Both the position numbers and the translations under genes were made by a program. From assembly GCA_038150265.1 (NCBI GenBank), contig JAYOTF010000001.1, forward strand, positions 3,071 to 67,070: 64,000 nucleotides of DNA, read 5' to 3'. Positions 60,830-64,000 of this stretch are shown here, piece after piece (positions within the stretch are counted from its first letter, which is position 1; each line of letters starts with the position of its first letter). Below the pieces are notes generated by a model. That model saw only the letters and a list, made by a program, of their open reading frames with translations. It ran no database searches and had not been told where the DNA came from. This DNA is from Deltaproteobacteria bacterium. Its GTDB lineage: Bacteria > SAR324 > NAC60-12.

Positions 60830-60845
60830 TGGTACGCGCTTTGCT
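60830..60845 (+). promoter_or_regulatory. sigma54 promoter of the flgFGAH operon
   Basis: TGGTAC-GCGCT-TTGCT, exact GG-N10-GC spacing, about 50 nt upstream of flgF. Confidence 0.8.
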
Positions 60846-60896
60846 TTGCTGTGAGAAAGTTATTCGCACTGTAACCTGAAACCTGAAAGCCCCGCG

Positions 60897-61670
60897 ATGA
60901 CGTCCATTAACAGCCTCGTAAATGCCGCTGGCGCCCTGGAGCGACAACTGGATACGGTTGCCAACAACCTGGCCAACGCCAGCACCACTGGCTTCAAGGC
61001 CGACCAAGCCGCTTTCAAGGAAGTGCTGGCCACGGTGCAGCGGGTGGCTCCTGAGTCCACTGAGGAATCCTTCCTTTCACACGAGTACCTGGACCAGTAC
61101 GTGGGCATGGACCGTTCCTCGGTGCAGGTGGATGAGATTGGCAAGGACTTCTCTGTGGGTCGCCTCCGCCAGACCGGCAACAAGCTGGACCTGGCTCTGG
61201 AAGGCACCGGGTTCTTCACCCTGGAGACGCCGCAGGGCATGCGCTACACCCGCGCCGGGAGCTTCAAGCTGGACAACGAGGGACGCATTGTCACCTTCGA
61301 AGGCAACCGGCTCATGGGCGAAAACGGCGCGATCCGGGTGAATGGCTCTCAGGTGCAGATCAGTGACGCTGGACAGGTTTCGGTAGACGGCGAGGTCGTG
61401 GACACCCTCCGGCTGACCGAGTTCCGACGCCCGCAGAACCTGCAGAAACTCGGAGGGAACCTCTATGCCCCCCTCCACCAAGACGACGTTCCCATCCCCG
61501 CTCAGAACACCGCTGTCAAGCAGGGGATGCTTGAGGACTCAAACGTGAATACGGTTTTGGAGATGACCCGAATGATCTCCGCGCAAAGGGCCTATGAATC
61601 CGTTCAGCGGGCCATGAGCAACGTAGACAAACTCAACGAACGTGCCATTTCTCTGGCACGGGTCGGCTGA
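60897..61670 (+). CDS. flgF: flagellar basal-body rod protein
   Basis: ANNLANASTTGFK, TGNKLDLAL.G.GFF, YTRAGSF, LEDSNVN; precedes flgG. Confidence 0.9.
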   Translation: MTSINSLVNAAGALERQLDTVANNLANASTTGFKADQAAFKEVLATVQRVAPESTEESFLSHEYLDQYVGMDRSSVQVDEIGKDFSVGRLRQTGNKLDLALEGTGFFTLETPQGMRYTRAGSFKLDNEGRIVTFEGNRLMGENGAIRVNGSQVQISDAGQVSVDGEVVDTLRLTEFRRPQNLQKLGGNLYAPLHQDDVPIPAQNTAVKQGMLEDSNVNTVLEMTRMISAQRAYESVQRAMSNVDKLNERAISLARVG

Positions 61671-61703
61671 ACCCTGGATGATTGATTGAGGAGATAGAAC
61701 GCC

Positions 61704-62492
61704 ATGATGCGAGCACTCTACACGGCCGCCTCCGGAATGGGCGCCCAACAGCGACACATTGACACGGTGGCCAACAACCTGGCCAACGTCAACACCACTG
61801 GCTTCAAGAAGAGCAAGGTCCACTTCCAGGACCTGCTTTATCATAACGAGCGCTCTGCTGGAGTGCCGTCCTCTCTGTCTACTCAGGTCCCCGTTGGCCT
61901 GCACGTCGGACACGGGGTGAAGTATGTGGCCACGGAAAAGGTTCACACGCAGGGGAGCGTTCAGAACACTGGAAACGACCTGGACCTGAGCATTGATGGC
62001 ATCGGGTACTTTCAGATCCTGCAGCCCAATGGCATTGTGGCCTACAGCCGCGATGGTCACTTCAACATCGACGGCCTCGGACGCCTGGTGACCAATGACG
62101 GCATGATCCTCGATCCGGAAATCAACATTCCGCAAGACACCCGGAAGATTGAGATCGGTTTCGATGGCACCGTGTCGGTTTACCTGCGTGATGAGACTCA
62201 GCCGGAAGCAATCGGCAGCATTCAGCTCGCCCGCTTCACCAATCCAGCAGGACTGACGCCAATCGGCAAGAACCTCTACATCCCGACCCCGGCATCGGGG
62301 AACCCGATTGTCGATGCCCCCGGATCCAACAGCATGGGCAAGCTCAACCAGGGCTTCCTGGAAATGTCCAACGTCTCCCTCGTTGAGGAAATGGTGGACA
62401 TGATTACGGCGCAGCGGGCCTATGAGGTCAACTCAAAAGCCATTCAGGCATCCGACGAGATGCTGCAGACCGCCAATAACCTGACCCGCTAA
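61704..62492 (+). CDS. flgG: flagellar distal rod protein
   Basis: MMRALYTAASGM.AQQ, ANNLANVNTTGFKK, FQDLLY, LEMSNV, AQRAYEVNSKAI. Confidence 0.95.
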   Translation: MMRALYTAASGMGAQQRHIDTVANNLANVNTTGFKKSKVHFQDLLYHNERSAGVPSSLSTQVPVGLHVGHGVKYVATEKVHTQGSVQNTGNDLDLSIDGIGYFQILQPNGIVAYSRDGHFNIDGLGRLVTNDGMILDPEINIPQDTRKIEIGFDGTVSVYLRDETQPEAIGSIQLARFTNPAGLTPIGKNLYIPTPASGNPIVDAPGSNSMGKLNQGFLEMSNVSLVEEMVDMITAQRAYEVNSKAIQASDEMLQTANNLTR

Positions 62493-62507
62493 CTTTAGTG
62501 AGTTGAC

Positions 62508-63482
62508 GTGATGAACCGGATGCTTCGTGCCCTTGCTCTCTTCCTGCTGATCCCTGGGGTCCTCCTTGCTCGTGAGTACACCGAGGAGCAACAGATTCGA
62601 GTCGTGTTTCAAGACTCGGCCGTTGTGGAAGGAGACGAGTACCAACTGAACGAGGTGGCCACCCTGGAGGGCATCGACTACGGTTTGATTGAGCGCTTTG
62701 GCAAAATCAAGGTCGGTCGGTCCCCACTACCAGGACGAAGCCTGACGGTGACCCGGTCGCTCATCGAATCCCGTCTGCGGGCAGCCAAGCTCGACACCAA
62801 GCGCCTCACGTACCCGAGCGGACAGTCCACCAAGGTCACTCGTGCCGCTCTGAAGATTCCGGGGGAAGACCTGGACCAGGTGGTGCTGCAGTACATTGAG
62901 GACCAGCATCCGGATGAAGAAGTGAAGCCCCGCTTGCTCTCCAAGAGCCGCGATGTCTTCCTTCCCCGTGGAGAGGTCAGCTACGAAATCAAGGAAAAGG
63001 GCACCTTCGTCAAGGAAGCCGGCTACCGGACTTATGACATTCAGCTGAGCATCAACGGTGAGCTGGAAAAGACCGTTCCGGTGCGGGTGTACCTGAAGAT
63101 GTACAAGGAAGTCTTTGTAGCCAAGGACACCATCAAGCGAGACGAGGTGATCGAAGAAGCCGACCTCATCAAGGTCCGCCGCAATGTCGACCGCCTGACT
63201 TCGACTTATGTAACCGACAAGCAGCAACTGGTGGGCAAGGTCGCCTCGCGTGCGATTGGCTCCAACCAGGTCATCTCCGGAAACAGCGTGGTCATTCCTC
63301 CGGTTGTGAAAGAGGGAGACCGGCTGCTGATCGTCTATGAAACCGAAAACCTCGTCCTCTCGGCCCAGGGGGTTTCCATGGCCAAGGGTCGAGTTGGCGA
63401 CCGAATTCCTGTCCGCAATGTGGACAGCAAGACCGTTGTGTACGCGCAGGTACGCGATAAAAACACTGTTCAGGTAAACTGA
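62508..63482 (+). CDS. flgA: flagellar P-ring formation chaperone
   Basis: Signal peptide, C-terminal SAF domain and G..GD.I.VRN..SK motif; position in the operon. Start 62508 or 62511. Confidence 0.88.
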   Translation: MMNRMLRALALFLLIPGVLLAREYTEEQQIRVVFQDSAVVEGDEYQLNEVATLEGIDYGLIERFGKIKVGRSPLPGRSLTVTRSLIESRLRAAKLDTKRLTYPSGQSTKVTRAALKIPGEDLDQVVLQYIEDQHPDEEVKPRLLSKSRDVFLPRGEVSYEIKEKGTFVKEAGYRTYDIQLSINGELEKTVPVRVYLKMYKEVFVAKDTIKRDEVIEEADLIKVRRNVDRLTSTYVTDKQQLVGKVASRAIGSNQVISGNSVVIPPVVKEGDRLLIVYETENLVLSAQGVSMAKGRVGDRIPVRNVDSKTVVYAQVRDKNTVQVN

Positions 63483-64000
63483 TGCGCTCCCTTTCCCATC
63501 CCATCCGTCGTTTTGCCGCATTCAGCCTGCTGGTGGCCGTGACCCTGGGAGGGTGCCGGACGGCAGCCCCGCCTCAGATGCAAGCGGATACCAAGGCCAA
63601 TGAAGCGCTTCGTCAACGCCAGGAACAGCTGGCCAGTGACCCGATGCGACAGCAGCGCCGTCGTCCGGTCAACACTGCTGCCAATCCGTATGAAGGGTCT
63701 TTGTGGACGCATGAGTCTTCCTTCGGGAACCTCTTCCGCGATCACCGGGCTCGGTTCCGAGGAGACCTCCTGAGCATCCGGGAACTGGCCTCCATTGTGA
63801 GCGTGCCTCCTGCTCAGGGGCAGCCCCAACAGGCCGCCGCCGATGCTCAGGGCGCACCGACCCCTGCTGGTCAGGCCAACACGGTGCTGGAAGCCATGAC
63901 CCTCCGGGATCAGATCGAGCAGGAACAAAACGACATCCTGCGCTCCCTCGACACCATCTCCGCCCGTGTCGTTCGGGTGCTCTCTGACGGCAACATGCTG
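63482..64000 (+). CDS. flgH: flagellar L-ring protein, truncated by the window end
   Basis: Translated by hand (not in the ORF track): lipobox TLGG-C, GSLW, LFRDHRAR..GD, ISARVVRVLSDGNML. Confidence 0.8.
   Translation, partial: MRSLSHPIRRFAAFSLLVAVTLGGCRTAAPPQMQADTKANEALRQRQEQLASDPMRQQRRRPVNTAANPYEGSLWTHESSFGNLFRDHRARFRGDLLSIRELASIVSVPPAQGQPQQAAADAQGAPTPAGQANTVLEAMTLRDQIEQEQNDILRSLDTISARVVRVLSDGNML

Overview
A gene-dense, GC-rich bacterial chromosomal window. The lineage is probably deltaproteobacterial/SAR324-like, which is an inference from the EF-P, GspN-like and sigma54-flgF features. No rRNA, tRNA, CRISPR array, integrase or transposase was recognisable. In order: urea ABC transporter urtABCDE; a 2OG-Fe(II) oxygenase and BMP-family binding protein heading a complete urease operon (ureABCEFGD); a GntR-controlled methylthioribose-kinase/sugar-ABC locus; lolC/E-alaS-rpsD; a CheY-like regulator; efp, a 1268-aa divergent class I adenylate-cyclase-like nucleotidyltransferase, epmA and marC; a housekeeping block (SDR, lnt, mgtE, pepA, nei, pepN, gspM/N-like, mltG, dienelactone hydrolase); an accessory block at about 44.5-57 kb (orphan CoxL-like molybdoenzyme subunit, several exported/outer-membrane unknowns, a soluble hybrid kinase with a response regulator carrying a ChiS-like DNA-binding domain, a FecR-domain gene lacking a canonical start, an Fe3+-binding protein); cysK; modABC; and flgFGAH, truncated at the window end. 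Best leads: (1) the large cyclase-like gene between efp and epmA, (2) the ChiS-like two-component system with phased repeats in the adjacent divergent promoter, (3) the oxygenase-BMP pair co-operonic with urease, (4) strong over-representation of the palindrome TCCGGA, (5) a structured rpsD leader. Family assignments are by eye from motifs and remembered reference sequences; no database searches were run.
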